Positions 1 to 31,906 of a stretch of 64,000 bases of DNA are shown here, in pieces. Where the stretch lies: positions 1 to 64,000 of the forward strand of contig NIVC01001961.1 of the NCBI GenBank assembly GCA_002269645.1. Reading direction: 5' to 3'. A program made the translations under genes and the position numbers. The notes beneath the pieces are model-generated. The model was given only the letters and a program-made list of their open reading frames with translations, was not told the DNA's origin and ran no database searches. The DNA is from Macrostomum lignano. Lineage: Eukaryota. The first letter of the stretch is position 1. Every line of letters begins with the position of its first letter.

Positions 1-2961
1 ACGTTGTGACTCGATCGTCGTTGATCTTGAGGCGGCACGCAGCAGGTCAGCATGCTGTTTGAGCGAGTCCAAGTCTAACCGTTGCAAAGCAGGATGGTCT
101 CGACTACGCCTGCAACAACGCCGCCCTCTGTAACGACAGCAGGACCAGCCCACAGAATGAATGCCAGCCCAGGCCGCATATCCTCGCAAAAGTCGGGAAC
201 CAGCCTGTTGAATTATAAACAAACTGCTGACATCCCGGAAGTTCTTAGGCAGAAGATCGAAGCCTGGATGCCGTAACGACGGTCTTCTGTGTGTTGACCA
301 GCAGGCAAACGTATGAAGTATTGGCGTAAGTACTTGTACAAGCTACAGGTATTTTGGAGTCACAGGCAATATACTTTTACCGACGCATACTTTTATCCAA
401 CCCAAGGTATCAATTAATAGCAGTAACTGCATTTAATAGCTAAAAGCTAACAACTGATCAAATGCAAAAGGCTATATTATACAAGCAACTTACAACAGGT
501 ATCCAACGTCTGCATGATTAGCGCCAGGTGCGCACAGGGTCATAGCTTATTCGTTGCTTTAGTCCGCATCCCGGCTCGCCGGGTGTCGCCAACATGGCAG
601 TGCTCAGTGGTGGGAGATATTGAGCACAGAAAGATACCGATGCGATTGAGGCGTCCACGAAATCCAAAACCTTCTCAGTCTCAATGTCTGAACGTAATGA
701 GGCGAGCAAAGTGGGCAGCGCTTGGAGCAGTATGACTATATGATGATACTTTTCGGTTAAAATAACGGGCGAGGCCGTTTCCGCTTCAACGCTGCTGATA
801 AGGTGGGGATATGGGGATTGGGTCGGCTGGATCCACGAAATAAATTTGATAGCGAGGCCTAATTGCTGCCTCTTGCCGTCCCGCCTATCGAAGGCGTCGG
901 GTTCCCCTTTGGGCCATCTTCGCCTCATTTGCAGCGATCTTGTGCTTCCCACATTTGCTTCTCGCCCAAAGCCGGAACAAAACGAGTCTGCTTTGTTGTT
1001 TCGTTTTGTATGTTTTTGTGGCTTTCCAACTTCATGTTTCTTCTTCTTTAACTTCCTTCAGCTGATTCAAAAACCGGAAGCGACAGATTTGCAACACCAC
1101 TGATTCTCGCGACGACGACGTTGGAAGCCAGGAATCGCTGAGGAACCAGGAACCAGACTGTCGACATCACGGAAGGATGTACCACTCAAAAAATCAGCTT
1201 TCCACTTTTTTAATTTTATTTAGCTGGCAGTTGACCTCCTTGACCTCTTCTGGCCTCTATCACAATTCAACAATAATCTCAAAGTCAAACGTCAGTGGCA
1301 GCTTGCCTTATCTGCCCCGGTCCCCTCCCCGTTTCTTTGTCCCTTGCCTGCAGGATTACGGTAAAATGTAAAAAAAATTGTTTAACTTCAAATTGGTTTA
1401 ACCAGACGAAAGCTATGGTGCGAGCGTAAGAAAGAATCGCTAATCCAAATCTGTTTCAGGGTCTCCTTGATGGAGTCCACGCAGAGAGAGAGCCCGAGGC
1501 CCAGCACCCAATCAGCGATCGATCGCGGCGCCCATTGGCTGGCCCTCTCAGGGTGTGGAGAAATGGCCTTAATGGGCCCGAGCCAAGAGTGGGCAACGGC
1601 ATAAAGCTCTTCATTTCACCTTAGCCTGAGAAGTAAACAAGACACACCTGCAAACTGAAACCAGGGAAGTCCGTGGAATCCACAGCCGATCAATAACCAG
1701 CAATCAGCGCGGCCTTGCAGATGCAGCCAAGTCCTAGCGGTGGCGGAGCGGCCAGGAGCTCCCATTCGTTCTGGCTGCCGTCCAGGGTGAGTCCTATGCA
1801 ATACGAGCTGGAAACTGTTTAGAAAGTGACTGACTGGCACCTGGTGAATGCAAAAATGGATATCAATTGCGTTGAACATCTGTGGTTTGTATACGTTCTA
1901 ACGAAAATCGCTGCGTTGGTAAAAAGTTAGCAGAGGAGAACGGATCTTAGAGGTTTTACCAGGGAACATGATGCACCCCATATTTATTAGAGGGGCTACG
2001 TAAGCCCCTTCCTTGACCTCCCATGAATGGGCTGTCCATTGCAGTCAGGTTCGTTCAACTCGTTTGACATTTCTGTGAGTCATTGATAGAATTTATTCTG
2101 CTTCAAAATTCTGCTCTCCGTTGTTGAACTATCTAGATATTATACCCTTTGCTGGCGAGCCGAGTCGAAGATTAGAATGTTTAGTCATATAACTGCATCC
2201 GTGCCCAGCAGGAGGACTTCTGACCTCCCCTCCCCACCTGACTCTTGATCTACGCTGGTACACTTTGCTTATCAAATTACAATGAATGAGCGCTAAAAAT
2301 TGAAACAAACTTTGAGCTTAACAATATCTTATCTGTGTTAGGGGTAGGGTTTGAGCAGTTTGCATTTTGTGGAGTGCATGGAGTAGAGCATAGAGTAGAA
2401 GGACCCTACACTCGCAAGTCTAGCAAATTAAGCACTGCTCAGGACGTCAAAAAAACAGTTGTATCCTATATGGGGATATCAATATATTAATTTATGTTGG
2501 TTATTATTGAACTGACAAACTTCAAATCTCGGCTATGCATTGCGCAGTAAAATTAGCTACAAGCTTTGCGAGTGCAGTTGATGGAAACATACCTAAAACT
2601 GAGTTTCGGGGGTTATAGTATATGCATGGAAGCTGACACTCCATACTGCAGTGAGTGACAATGAGCCCAGAAGCTCCCCGCCCTTCCTGCATCGGAAATG
2701 AAGCACCACCCAACCTTTCCATATAGTTATGAACTGTGGAGCTCAGGTTGTTAAAAAGCAAAACTGTTTTTTTGCTTGTTTAAGTTTTTTGTTTCTCGCT
2801 CACCTGAGCTGCGGACTAAAAACGCACGCTCCCAGACTCCAAAACTCAAGGTTTTCCTGGAATAATGACCTCATCGCCTTCATTACGGGCCCCCCTGTCT
2901 CATTTGCAATTTGGCTTCAGAAATTGCTTCTACACGTAAAACTCTTGCATTTCTGGGCCGC

Positions 2962-20590
<17,629 letters not shown>

Positions 20591-20684
20591 TGAGCGGCTG
20601 GTGCGCTTTTCTACCAATGAATGTACTTTCTAGCCAGCATCGACGCTGAAGTTTATCATTGTCGATAGAGTGATAAATCCAGTC

Positions 20685-21400
20685 TCTAGATGAGTGACTT
20701 GTGCGGTCGCTAGAGTGACTCTTGCGGTCGCTAGAGTGACTCGTGCGGTCGCTAGAGTCCTTACCCAATCTGTAACAGTGCTGTTTTCGTTTATATAAAC
20801 GTACTTTTACAAGAATCCTGTCTATAGAATGACATGCGTATACTATGTACATGCACTCCCCGCTACCCCCCCCCCCCAATACGAGCGTCTCTAGAGTGAC
20901 TCATCCGGTCTCTGAGGGACGCATGTCTCTAGAGTGACTCATCCGGTCTCTGAGTGACACACATGGTCTCTAGAGTGACATGTCTCTAGAGTGACACGTC
21001 TCTAGAGTGACTCATCCGGTCTCTGAGTGACACACATGGTCTCTAGAGTGACACATGTCTCTAGAGTGACACATGTGTTTAGAGTGACTCATCCGGTCTC
21101 TGAGGGACGCATGTCTCTAGAGTGACTCATCCGGTCTCTGAGTGACACACATGGTCTCTAGAGTAATTCATCCGGTCTCTGAGTGACACACATGGTCTCT
21201 AGAGTAATTCATCCGGTCTCTGAGTGACACACATGGTCTCTAGATTGACATATCTCTAGAGTGATACATGTCTCTAGAGTGACACATTTGGTGTTTAGAG
21301 TGACTCATCCGGTCTCTGAGTGACAATCTGGTCTCTAGAGTGACGCATTATTGTCTCAAAAGTTCAGCATCCCGCCTTTAGAGTGACGCATCCTAGCTGT
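20685..21400. repeat. Complex degenerate array built on TCTAGAGTGAC(TCATCCGGTCTC)
   Basis: Recurrent TCTAGAGTGAC and GAGTGACTCATCCGG modules downstream of the DUF3504 stop. Confidence 0.8.
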
Positions 21401-22044
21401 CTTATGAGTGACGCATCCTGTCTACAGACAGAGTGAGGTCCCATACACATGTCAAGTGCATAAGTTACAGTATGTGTACGTAGTTCCTCTTCATGTACTG
21501 CACATTAATTTTTAACTGTCCGGAGCACATATCCCGTATCATAGGCGGCTGTGCATGTCGCATTCGTACTGGCATGTTCTCTATAATTGTACATGCAGAC
21601 AATTAGACGAGTAATTAGCATATGTACACATTTTTAACTGACATCAACTCCATAGACTCGTATATGCACTTCTTCTATGGTTTAACCATGTGAACTTTGC
21701 AAAGCACCTGACCTGAGATTGGCAGTTTTCAGGGAACCAGGCAATGACACAAATTATATGCTGTTACGTAACCATACTACACTGCCGTGAACTTGCACAT
21801 TTTTTGTCTTTAATTCTCTCTTACCTCGCAAATTGCTTTGCATTGCTTATAGACAAATCTAGACTTGTATGCAAATATATATTACACCTGGAAACAGTTA
21901 ATTAAGCCCTTACTATGATTGTGAAAATAGCGTGGATCGTCTTTACCTTGAAAAGCAAATTTTTATAAGACCCAGAAGTCTGGAAAACCACTGAGCGTTT
22001 CTTCGAGAAATTTGCTGGCCTTCCCAAAAAGGGGCTCTACACTC

Positions 22045-22640
22045 TAAACTCTCTAATCTCTAAACTCTCTAATCTCTGAACTCTCCGATCCCTAAACTCC
22101 CCAATTCCTAAACTCCCCAATCCCTAAACTCCCCAATCCCTAAACTCCCCGATTCCTAAACTCCCCAATTCCTAAACTCCCCAATTCCTAAACTCCCCGA
22201 TCCCTAAACTCCCAAATCCCTAAACTCCCCAATCCCTAAACTCCCCAATCCCTAAACTCCCAAATCCCTAAACTCCCCAATTCCTAAACTCCCCAATTCC
22301 TAAACTCCCCAATCCCTTAACTCCCCAATTCCCAAACTCCCAAATCCCTAAACTCCCCAATTCCTAAACTCCCCAATTCCTAAACTCCCCAATCCCTAAA
22401 CTCCCAAATCCCTAAACTCCCCAATTCCCAAACTCCCCAATCCCTAAACTCCCAAATCCCTAAACTCCCCAATTCCTAAACTCCCCAATTCCTAAACTCC
22501 CCAATCCCTAAACTCCCCGATCCCTAAACTCCCAAATCCCTAAACTCCCCAATTCCCAAACTCCCCAATCCCTAAACTCCCAAATCCCTAAACTCCCCAA
22601 TTCCTAAACTCCCCAATCCCTAAACTCCCCGATCCCTAAA
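22045..22640. repeat. 16-bp minisatellite (CCCTAAACTCCCCAAT)
   Basis: C-rich tandem array. Confidence 0.95.
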
Positions 22641-23893
22641 ACCCACTAAGCATTAGCACTATATACATGCAGAAAAATAAGAGAGACAAGCAAAATCCAA
22701 AAGCTTAAATGGCATTTTATCCAGACCATTAGAAAACAGAACTAAGCTTTGCAGATGATAATAATAACAATAATAATTGATAAATTGAGTAATTTTTATC
22801 TTAGCCGCATAGTCAAAGGCATTGAGACAGATTTGAATAGCAGACAACAGGCGGGCTAAATATAATTTAGGGTTAAGCGGGACAGACAGGACACACGAAC
22901 AGCCGCAGAGAGAAGGAAAAACGGGCAGACAGCGGTGTGCTGCCCAGGCCTGACCACACTGCTCTAGAAGGACACCCAAGGATAATAATGAGCAGATGCT
23001 AGCAAAATGACGGACCTTCAGGAGCAGCATGGCATCAGTACTACTAGTTAGTAGTAGGCTAGTCAGTAAAGGGTCCATCGAGATGAACTGGGCAGAACTG
23101 AGCTGGGACAAACTTACACAGTAGTAAAATAATAAGACTTGAATTAGACAATATGATGCAGCATTAGCAGGTTGGCACTCAGAGACAAATCCATATACTA
23201 AAATCTAAACTAAACACGGGGCCTAATTAATTTACAGTAGAATATTTGTTTAAATAAATGTAGGCGAATGAAAATTCCGGAATTGTTTTTTTTGTTCAAA
23301 TTCAGTACTTGGAACACAAAAATGGATACCGGGCCTTTTAAACAAGTCTCCTAATTCTTATGCCTCAGTTAGGATTGTTAAAATTGAAAAAAGTTACTAT
23401 TGATACTACAAGTAGTTAACACGATAACTAATGACAATTATTATTAATTAAAAACAGGACCAACCACCTTCAGTTTCGGATGGGCATTGAGTGCATTGGT
23501 TACTACAGAAAACACAAGGAACTCAGAAACACGAGGAAGTGTAGAAAAAAAACGCAGTTTATTGATACTACTAACTAACCAGAGTTGGTCAGTAGAGCAG
23601 ACGAGAATTGTAACTATTTTATATTATATGATTTTTATTGCCCATTTAAGATGCATGACAAACGAGAGGAGCACATTAAACAGGACAGACTATAATGAAA
23701 GCAGAGACGCACAGAGGAAAATGAAAAGAGGAACAAAGACGATTAACATCGGGGTTTTGAAGCCAGAAACAATGTAAAAGAAAAAAGAAACAGACTGCTT
23801 CGGGCCGCATCAACAAAAACAATTCTAAGAGTTGGTGACTCGATATTAATTATTCGAATTTCGCATTCATAAGCCTCGAGTTTTGCACGTTTA

Positions 23894-26800
23894 TCAACGA
23901 TTCCTGGCCGGGCGCTTGCCGCGCACCACTGACGGCTTCTGGCGCAGGGTGCCCACCTTGTTGCTAAGGGTCTTCCTAGTATTGAAGACTCGAACCCGGG
24001 ACTTTGGCTGCTCGATCTTATTGCGATTTGGCGGCTGCTTCACCTTGTAGATCCGGACCATCCAGTGCTCGGAGGTGAACGCCTCCTCCAGGTGCTTCAA
24101 TGTGAAGTGCTTGCGGCCGATCTCCGCATTCCGAGTTCGATCGAATCCTGGCGGAGTTCGAAAATCCGTCTGCATCTCGCCGAACCGATAATAGCTCATC
24201 TTGTACATCAGCGAGTTTAGCATGGTCTGCGAGGCCGAGCCGTCAATCTTGTACTCGCCCTGCGGAGTGAAATAGTCGCTCTCTTTGATGTCGCGCGGGT
24301 GCTCGCCCTCGGCGATGCGGACCATCCACAGGAACTTGTTGATGTCGTCGCCGGAGTAGCCGATGACGCCGCCGAATATGATGAGCACGTAGTCAACGTC
24401 CAGCATGCGCATGATCTTGTAGGCCTCCGTCTCGTTGCTGGCCATGGCCTTGCCGACCAGAGCGATGTGGCTGTTGTTCCACGTGTTGTTGTCAACCAGG
24501 GTGGTGCGGTTGGCCATGCCGGCGATCTGGTAGCCGTAGTCCCACCTGGGCGGTTGGGGGGGGGGCTTTTACATGGGGAATCAGTGGGGATGGGAGGGCG
24601 GCTCTTTTACATGGGGAATCAGTGGGGCTGGGAGGGCGGCTCTTTTACATGGGGAATCAGTGGGGCTGGGAGGGCGGCGCTTTTACATGGGGAATCAGTG
24701 GGGCTGGGAGGGCGGCTCTTTTATATGGGGAATCAGTGGGGCTGGGAGGGCGGCTCTTTCATGGGAAATGCTTGGTCCAAGACAGGTAATTGTCAAACGC
24801 CTCACCAGCTCATAACCCGGGCCCTGTCGTGCGTGTTCCTCCGCAGCCAATAATAAGCTTCCCTGAAGTCGTCAAGAATCACCCGCGATCCGTCCTGATT
24901 GTAGCTGGCCAGCACAATGCTCGGGGACGAATAGGCATTGGAGGTGACCCAGGTGCAGTGCATGCAGAACAGCAGAATCACTATGACAAACACCAGCAGC
25001 ACCACAGACTTCACGTTCAAGCCGAGCACTTCGTCGTCGCGTCGATCGCCCTAAAATAGTTTAGCGACACGAGCCACTGCATCAATAAGGCGGGCTGGGG
25101 TAGGCAGCCTACAGTACTGGTACTGGCTTTGGCCAAAGTCTTGTATACTTAATCTCAGTCTCTCAGCCTTAAAATTTAAGCAGAGTTGGGCACGGCTAGT
25201 ACGCCGCTCTGAGATATCACCCTCACAGCCACCCACACCTGGCGTATTTCTATTAGGCAGGGTAATCATCGGGGCGTTTAAAGTGAGAAAATAGTGTGTT
25301 TATAAAGTGACTATCAGGGTATTTAGGAAACGTTTATCGGGGTGTTTAGGGACGCGGCTATCGGAGTGTTTAAAGAAGCGTTAATCATGATGCTTACTGC
25401 TTAGGGAGCGGTTATCGAGTGTTTAGGAAGCGCTTATCGGGGTGGATAACAAAGCCGTTTTACGGGGTGTTTAACGAGCGATCCTCGAGAATCGAGCTGT
25501 TTCATCTATTCAGAACCTTCCCCAAACCGGAGCTGGTGAGCATCTCTATACAGACACGGCATGACACGGCTAAATGAACGCACCTGCTGTCCCGTGGCGC
25601 TGACAGCCGAGGAGCCGCTGTCTCCCCTCTGCTTAATCTTGGGCTTGTCGTACAGATTTCGCGGCTCAGACGAAGCCGAACCGGCGCTAGAAGAGGCGCT
25701 GGCAGCCTGTTGGCGCCGTTTATTACCAGAGGCGCCAGAGCCGGCGCCAACAGCCGAAGAAGAATCGCCAGCGGCGCCAGCAGCAGCGCCGGGCTCGACC
25801 TCGTCTTTCAAGTAGATGTCAAACAGGCGCGAGAAGGCGATAGCGGCCAGCACGCAGACGCAGGGAGTCAGGGTGAGCATCAGGCGGACCATGACGCCGG
25901 CGAAGTAGGAGGCGAACACGGCGTACAGGACGATGAAGACGCGCTCATCGGTGAGATCCCGGATGCAGAACCAGGCGCCGGCAGGGTAGACGCAGACAAG
26001 GATGTGCAAGTCGAAGAAGAAGCTCACCCAGGGAGTTGGCTGGTGCTCGGAGACGCTGGCGATGATGGGGATGTGGATCTTGGCGTAGCCGGTGTCCCAC
26101 AGGGAGTAGAACCGGCCGCTCCAGGGCGCCACGTAGCCCAGGTAGGTGAGGCCCACGACTGAGGCGAACACCAGGCCCGCCGCGGCCACCTGGCGTATGT
26201 TTGGGCGTTGGGGCGATTCTTGTAGCTGAGGCTAAGGGGCGATTCTTGAAGCTGAGGGGCGATTCTTGTAACTGAGGCTAAAGGGCGATTCTTGAAGCTT
26301 AGGGGCGATTCTTGAAGCTGAGGCTGAGGGGCGGCTCTTGTACCTGTGGCTAAGGGTCGATTCTTGTAACCGAGGGCCGAGGCTGAAGGGCGATTCTTGT
26401 AACTGTGGCTAAGGGGCGATTCTTGTAACCGAGGCTAAGGGGCAATTCTTGTAACTGAGGCTGAGGGGCGATTCTTGTAATGAGGCTGAGGGGCGATTCT
26501 TGTAACTGAGGCTGAGGGGCGATTCTTGTAGCTGAGGCTGAGGGGCGACTCTTGTAGCTGAGGCTAAAGGGCGATTCTTGTAACTGAGGCTGAGGGGCGA
26601 TTCTTGTAATGAGGCTGAGGGGCAATTCTTGTAACTGAGGCTGAGGGGCGATTCTTGAAGCTGAGGCTGAGGGGCAGTTCTTGTAACCGAGGCTAAGGGG
26701 CAATTCTTGTAACTGAGGCTGAGGGGCGATTCTTGTAATGAGGCTGAGGGGCGATTCTTGTAGCTGAGGCTGAGGGGCGACTCTTGTAGCTGAGGCTAAA

Positions 26801-29800
26801 GGGCGATTCTTGAAGCTGAGGCTGAGGGGCGGTTCTTGTACCTGTGGCTAAGGGTCGATTCTTGTAACCGAGGCTGAGGGCGATTCTTGTAACTGTGGCT
26901 AAGAGGCGATTCTTGTAACTGAGGCTAAGGGGCAATTCTTGTAACCGAGGCTAAGGGGCAATTCTTGTAATGAGGCTGAGGGGCGATTCTTATAACTGAG
27001 GCTAAGGGGCGATTCTTGTAATGAGGCTAAAGATGACGTCAAACTGAATTAAGCCAAAGATGTGGTTGTCATGGAAGTTTAGGCGAAGCAGCTCACGGCG
27101 GACAGAAAGAAGAAATGCCGGAACTGGCTCTTGGTGAGGCTGTGCTGCAGGTAGCGCAGGGCAGCGTAGGCCTGCAGCAGTACAAACACGCCTGCGCTAG
27201 CCATGTGCTCGCTAGTTCTAATCGGCTGAAATCCCACAAATGGGATCTGCATGCTGAGCAGCAATCCCAGAATGTAGAATGTAGTGTAGGCAACGTAGAT
27301 CCTGGCTGAGTAGCGCTGCATGAGCAGCAGAACGAACACGTGCAGCGGTACGAGATTGATGATGAACACGTAGCCACCCCAGGCTCCGACCATGTAGAAA
27401 TAGGACACAGCAGCCATGGCCGCCCAGAATATGGTGCCGGTCTTCACCGCCTTGATCCACAGGTAGTAGGTGAACATCAGGGCGAAGATGGCGATGCCCT
27501 CGTTGTCGTAGCTGCCGGCCACGGAGCGGCTGATGTAGCCGGGGACTGCGGATCGGCGAGGGGGAGGAGAGGGGAGGGCGATGCAACGGTGCAGTACCGG
27601 GTTCGACTCTTGTCGTACGGGGTAAGGCAAACTTAATCTCAGGGGCGGTGAGAGGAGGGAGAGAAGAGGAGGGAGAGAAGAGGAGGGAGAGAAGAGGAGG
27701 GAGAAGAGGAGGGAGAGGAGAGGAGGGATAGGAGAGGAGGGAGAGGAGAGGAGGGAGAGGAGAGGAGGGAGAGGAGAGGAGGGAGAGGAGAGGGGGAGAT
27801 GAGAGAAGAGGAGATGAGGAGAGCAGAGAAGGAAGAGGAAAGGAGAGGAGGAGAGGAGAGGAGGAAGAGGAGAGGAGAGGAGGGAGAGGAGAGAGGAGGA
27901 GAGGAGAGGAGGAGAGAAGAGGAGAGGAGGAGAGCAGAGAAGGAAGAGGAAAGGAGAGGAGGAGAGGAGAGGAGAGAGGAGGAGAGGAGAGGAGGAGAGA
28001 AGAGGAGGAAGAGGCGTTTGCCAACCCCTGTTTTAATGTTTGCAGTGTCATTGGGCTAAATATTACTGGCAATGAGCTCATAGTAATATTATGAAATATG
28101 ATTTCAATAAAATATCACAATCGCTTACCAATCGCAATAAAGCAGGCTGCAAAAAGTCCAGCGCCTCCATTCCAGAGTTCTTTGGTTAGCAGATAGGTAG
28201 CGATGGCAGTCATGCCACTGAAGATTGGCGCCAGAAAGACGCACACTTCACGGATGTGCACAGGAATGTTTAGCAGGCTCAGCACATAGTGGATGAAGCC
28301 TACAATGTGTTATTGATGGGCTATGTTTTATAAATAAATACTTTTATAATAAACTACCATGATAAATTGCCTTTTTTATTTTTATAGCTCAAAACCATAT
28401 TTAGATTAGTAAGTTTTTAATAAAATAAACAATTAATTCTAAAGTCAAAACTTTACATTTTCAAATTTAAAATAAAATATGAATTGAAATACTTAGTAAT
28501 TCAAGTACTTCAAGTAAAAGAAATCTATTCTTTTTAGCTATCAACATGCAGCATGCAGAAATATTAATTAGCCTAATTAAAGAATTGGGATTGGTATTTT
28601 AAATGCAAAAATTGCTAAAATTCTAAAGTGCTACATTTACACTTAAAATATGTTTTCATTTTAAGGTACATTTTTATAAATATCAAAGGTGTTTTTGCAA
28701 ATAGCAGTCTTGCCAGAAATGGTTAGTTCCAAGGTGCACTTAAAGCTCAATTGTTTATAGAAACAAAAAGACTAGCTGTGTTTAATATACTTTAAGCATT
28801 TTTCTAATACAATTTGATATTTAGCCACAATATAGGCCCCTAAGGGCTAACAACCTTAAAGTCCCATAGGAATTAAACATTTGCTTTCTTGACTTGAATG
28901 AAAATCTCTCTAAAAGAAACACTTTTGGTTTAGGCTAAACTATTTAGTTTTGCAACTCTAAATCTAAAAAGCTTAATACTTTACAGTTACTATAAAACTA
29001 TTTTGGATCGAGAAATTATCAATATTCTAGAGATAATTGTATATATACAAGGATTATGTATCTTGTATATATATACAAGGGGTTATCCCAAAAGTTCCTG
29101 GAATTATTTCTCTAGCTCCTTTGTACTTTGACCATTTTTTGTTCAATGAGTCAAACTAAGGATAATTTTTCAACAAAAGAACTTGTTTTTTGAATTTCTT
29201 TTTTATTGAGTTTAGGTTAAGAGTTATACTAGAAAATATGAAAGAAAGTCAATATTAACATTTCATAACCTCAAATGTCTAGTGTCCTTTTTCTATTATC
29301 ATTTTTTGCAAATGTTAACTTTGTATGTGTCGGAAAGATATGAAAATGTCTATGGATAAAACTAGTATAACTGCACTAGCACAATATCTAGTGCAATTGT
29401 ATTAGAAAAAATACTAGCATAAGTTTATATGCATACCTGGCATATGCTTTATGTATTCATATGGAAGAGTTCCTTTGGTTAAGTGAAAAAATATGATGAA
29501 GTTTATTTAGCATTAAATTTAGGATTTCTAGTTTTTGTAAACTTGTATTAGTGCATTTTAACACATCTTCATGATTTTTTTATTTTTTAGCAAAAGAAAT
29601 TATAAACCTAAAAATTAGAATTCTTAAACTAGTTTTAATTTTTTATGCAATTGAATTTACATTGGCTAGTACTTTTATTTTTTTAGTTGGTATACAATCA
29701 AAAAAATATGATATACATTGGCATATATTTGTATTTGTTCAATTTTTGTTCAGCTATACACCTAGCATGATCTAGATTCTAGACTATGGCATAAACCTAA

Positions 29801-30644
29801 TACTTTGGAAGACTCTGTATGTAGCCTAGAAAAAATATTTTTTGGTATAGGCATATGCCAATATATATAAAAAATTTATTAGGCCTAAAGATTTTTCATA
29901 ATTATTTTCTAATTTATCAATTTATATTATCAATTTTAAAACTTTTTTTGCTAGACTAAGGATTTTGATATTTCCATAAAAGAATAAAAGCTAAAAACTA
30001 AAAAGAATTGTTTAATTTGTATAAAGTTTCGTATATTTAAAGAAAAAAAGTAAACTTGGTATCTTGGATTCTTGCCAGTTTTTGGCACTTTTAAAATTGA
30101 GATTCAATCAATTATCAAGTCAAGATTTAAATTAATTAAAAATATCAAATTCTAAACATAAGATTATGATCTTATTTGACTTTTAATTTATATATACCTA
30201 GATTGTTCAAAATCATAATGCCTACATGGATATTGCCTTAAAGACAAAATAATAAAGAAGAAAGTCAAAGAGTTTCTAAATATATTTTTTGAGTATTAGT
30301 TTCTAATTTGGATGAAAAGATAATATATAATTCAAAATTAAAATAACAATAGAACACTTACCAGATGTTACCATTAGTCCTGGATATACAGTGCCACCAA
30401 CAATGCGACCCAATGGATACCAGGCTCGTTCATCAAACCAGTTAAGGAATTCATAGAATCCATTCTCAACCATATGAGCAGTAGAGCGATAATTGAACCA
30501 GGGATCAAACTCATGAATGATGCTTTCATATCTAATCACACTAAACAATCTTGAGCTAAAACCAGCAATCCAGGCAAGACCAAGCACAAAAACAGTAATC
30601 AAACTGGTCCATCCAGTAGCTCCAATTTGAAGACCTTCACCCAT
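23894..30644 (-). CDS. STT3B: Oligosaccharyltransferase catalytic subunit STT3B
   Basis: Exons (-): 30644-30362, 28299-28129, 27545-27097, 26189-25584, 25050-24806, 24545-23894. All GT-AG and phase-compatible. Motifs [35 protein letters not shown] (split by the last intron), [19 protein letters not shown] favours STT3B over STT3A. Confidence 0.97.
24565..24765. repeat. 38-bp minisatellite in the last STT3B intron
   Basis: TTTTACATGGGGAATCAGTGGGGCTGGGAGGGCGGCTC, about 5 copies. Confidence 0.92.
26205..27030. repeat. ~26-bp minisatellite (GGGGCGATTCTTGTAACTGAGGCTRA) in an STT3B intron
   Basis: Tandem unit read directly. Confidence 0.95.
27650..28015. repeat. Polypurine (GAGGAGAG)n tract in STT3B intron 2
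   Basis: Almost pure G/A on the + strand. Confidence 0.92.
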
Positions 30645-31645
30645 TACAAGTTTGTTCAGCTTTACAAATGCCTTCAAATTTATTTAATCTAAAAGTGATT
30701 GTAAGGATTCCGTCTAATTTTAAATCACTACTTTAAACGGTGTCTTCGTATCAACTCTCGGTAAATTAAGTGTTCAACACAAATTCCTCTAACGAGGTTG
30801 TTTTAGGATAATTTCAGGTATGACGAAAATGAGTTTATGGGTGGTTAATCATTCTTTACGAATATTAAATAAACAATTTAAAACTATCTCGTATACTAGA
30901 AACTAGAAAGTTAGAGAAACGTCTCGTAAAGCCTAAAGCCAAAGGTAGTTTAGTCCAGTTCAGAAATTTCAGAAGAAATCTGACTGATTTAAAAGGAAAA
31001 AATAAATATTTTAATTTAAATTGCTGCAAAATCGTGGTGTAGCCCCAGAGAACATTAGTAACAGTATTTTAATTAGAAAGGTTTAAAAAACAAGCTTATA
31101 TTATTTTATCTTATTAAACTAATAACTTAGTCATTTAATACGATAATAATCTTGGCTGTTTGCTTTTACCGTGCGAAAACTTTCAAAACAGGTTTTTGGT
31201 GCGTCTTTCTTAGAATGAAGTTGTGTTGTCTCGAAATTCAACGACAAAGCTGTTGCGCAATGTTTCTGCTTTACAGTATACAGTGACTGGCCAAATAACA
31301 AGTGCCAATGGCAATGATAAATTAAATAGAAGCAAATATTTTTATTTTACAGTCAGTTATTATTAGATACCGGGCTGAAATACATTTATCATATGAGTCA
31401 AAGTGTATTGGCGAGAAATACATTGTGCTTTCCAATTCATCCCAGCATTTGGTATTCATGAATAATGTCTGATGATGACAGGCATCAGGTCCAGGCTGAG
31501 GCTTTGGATTTGTGTTGAACTAAATGTTGATTCATGGATAGCACCTTTGGCCTAGTGATGATGCTTTTTATACAAATCAATATTAAAATATTATTATTAT
31601 TAATATTGATTTATTATTATTAAATCCATACTAAAAAAGAAAATC

Positions 31646-31906
31646 GGCAATGTCCTAGTTTCCCGCGTTAAATTATTCTTTTGACCTAAAATAAGTGAAA
31701 CAAACAAACAAAAGCAAGTTTATTCAAGATTTAAAATGAGTCTTAGGTATTAAAAGGAGTAGTACACGGCGTAGTGTAGTAATGTGTCAGCCAGTACAGA
31801 AAGTTGCCAAAGCTCTTTTTGGGTAGGTCCCTAGAGTCAGCGCCAGAGAAACTTGCTAAGGTGGGAGTCAAAAATTTAATTTAACGCGGGAAAGTAGGAC
31901 ATTGCC
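31646..31906. mobile_element. MITE with ~40-bp TIRs, Merlin-like
   Basis: Left TIR GGCAATGTCCTAGTTTCCCGCGTTAAATTA..TTTTGAC at 31646; its reverse complement ends at 31906 (..TTTAACGCGGGAAAGTAGGACATTGCC). 8-bp TSD AGAAAATC / AAAAAATC (7/8 match). No ORF. Confidence 0.75.

Noticed and set aside
1-952. Minus-strand ORF 518-952 and a coding-like stretch at 1-280
   Set aside because: No recognisable motif or supported splice structure; may be part of a gene extending out of the window.
22045-22640. Telomere-like CCCTAAA repeats
   Set aside because: The heptamer is only part of a 16-bp unit, the array is interstitial, and the animal telomere motif is TTAGGG.
29074-29105. Mariner-like TIR with apparent CpG decay (TACAAGGGGTTATCCCAAAAGTTCCTGGAATT)
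   Set aside because: No matching opposite TIR or transposase remnant found by eye.
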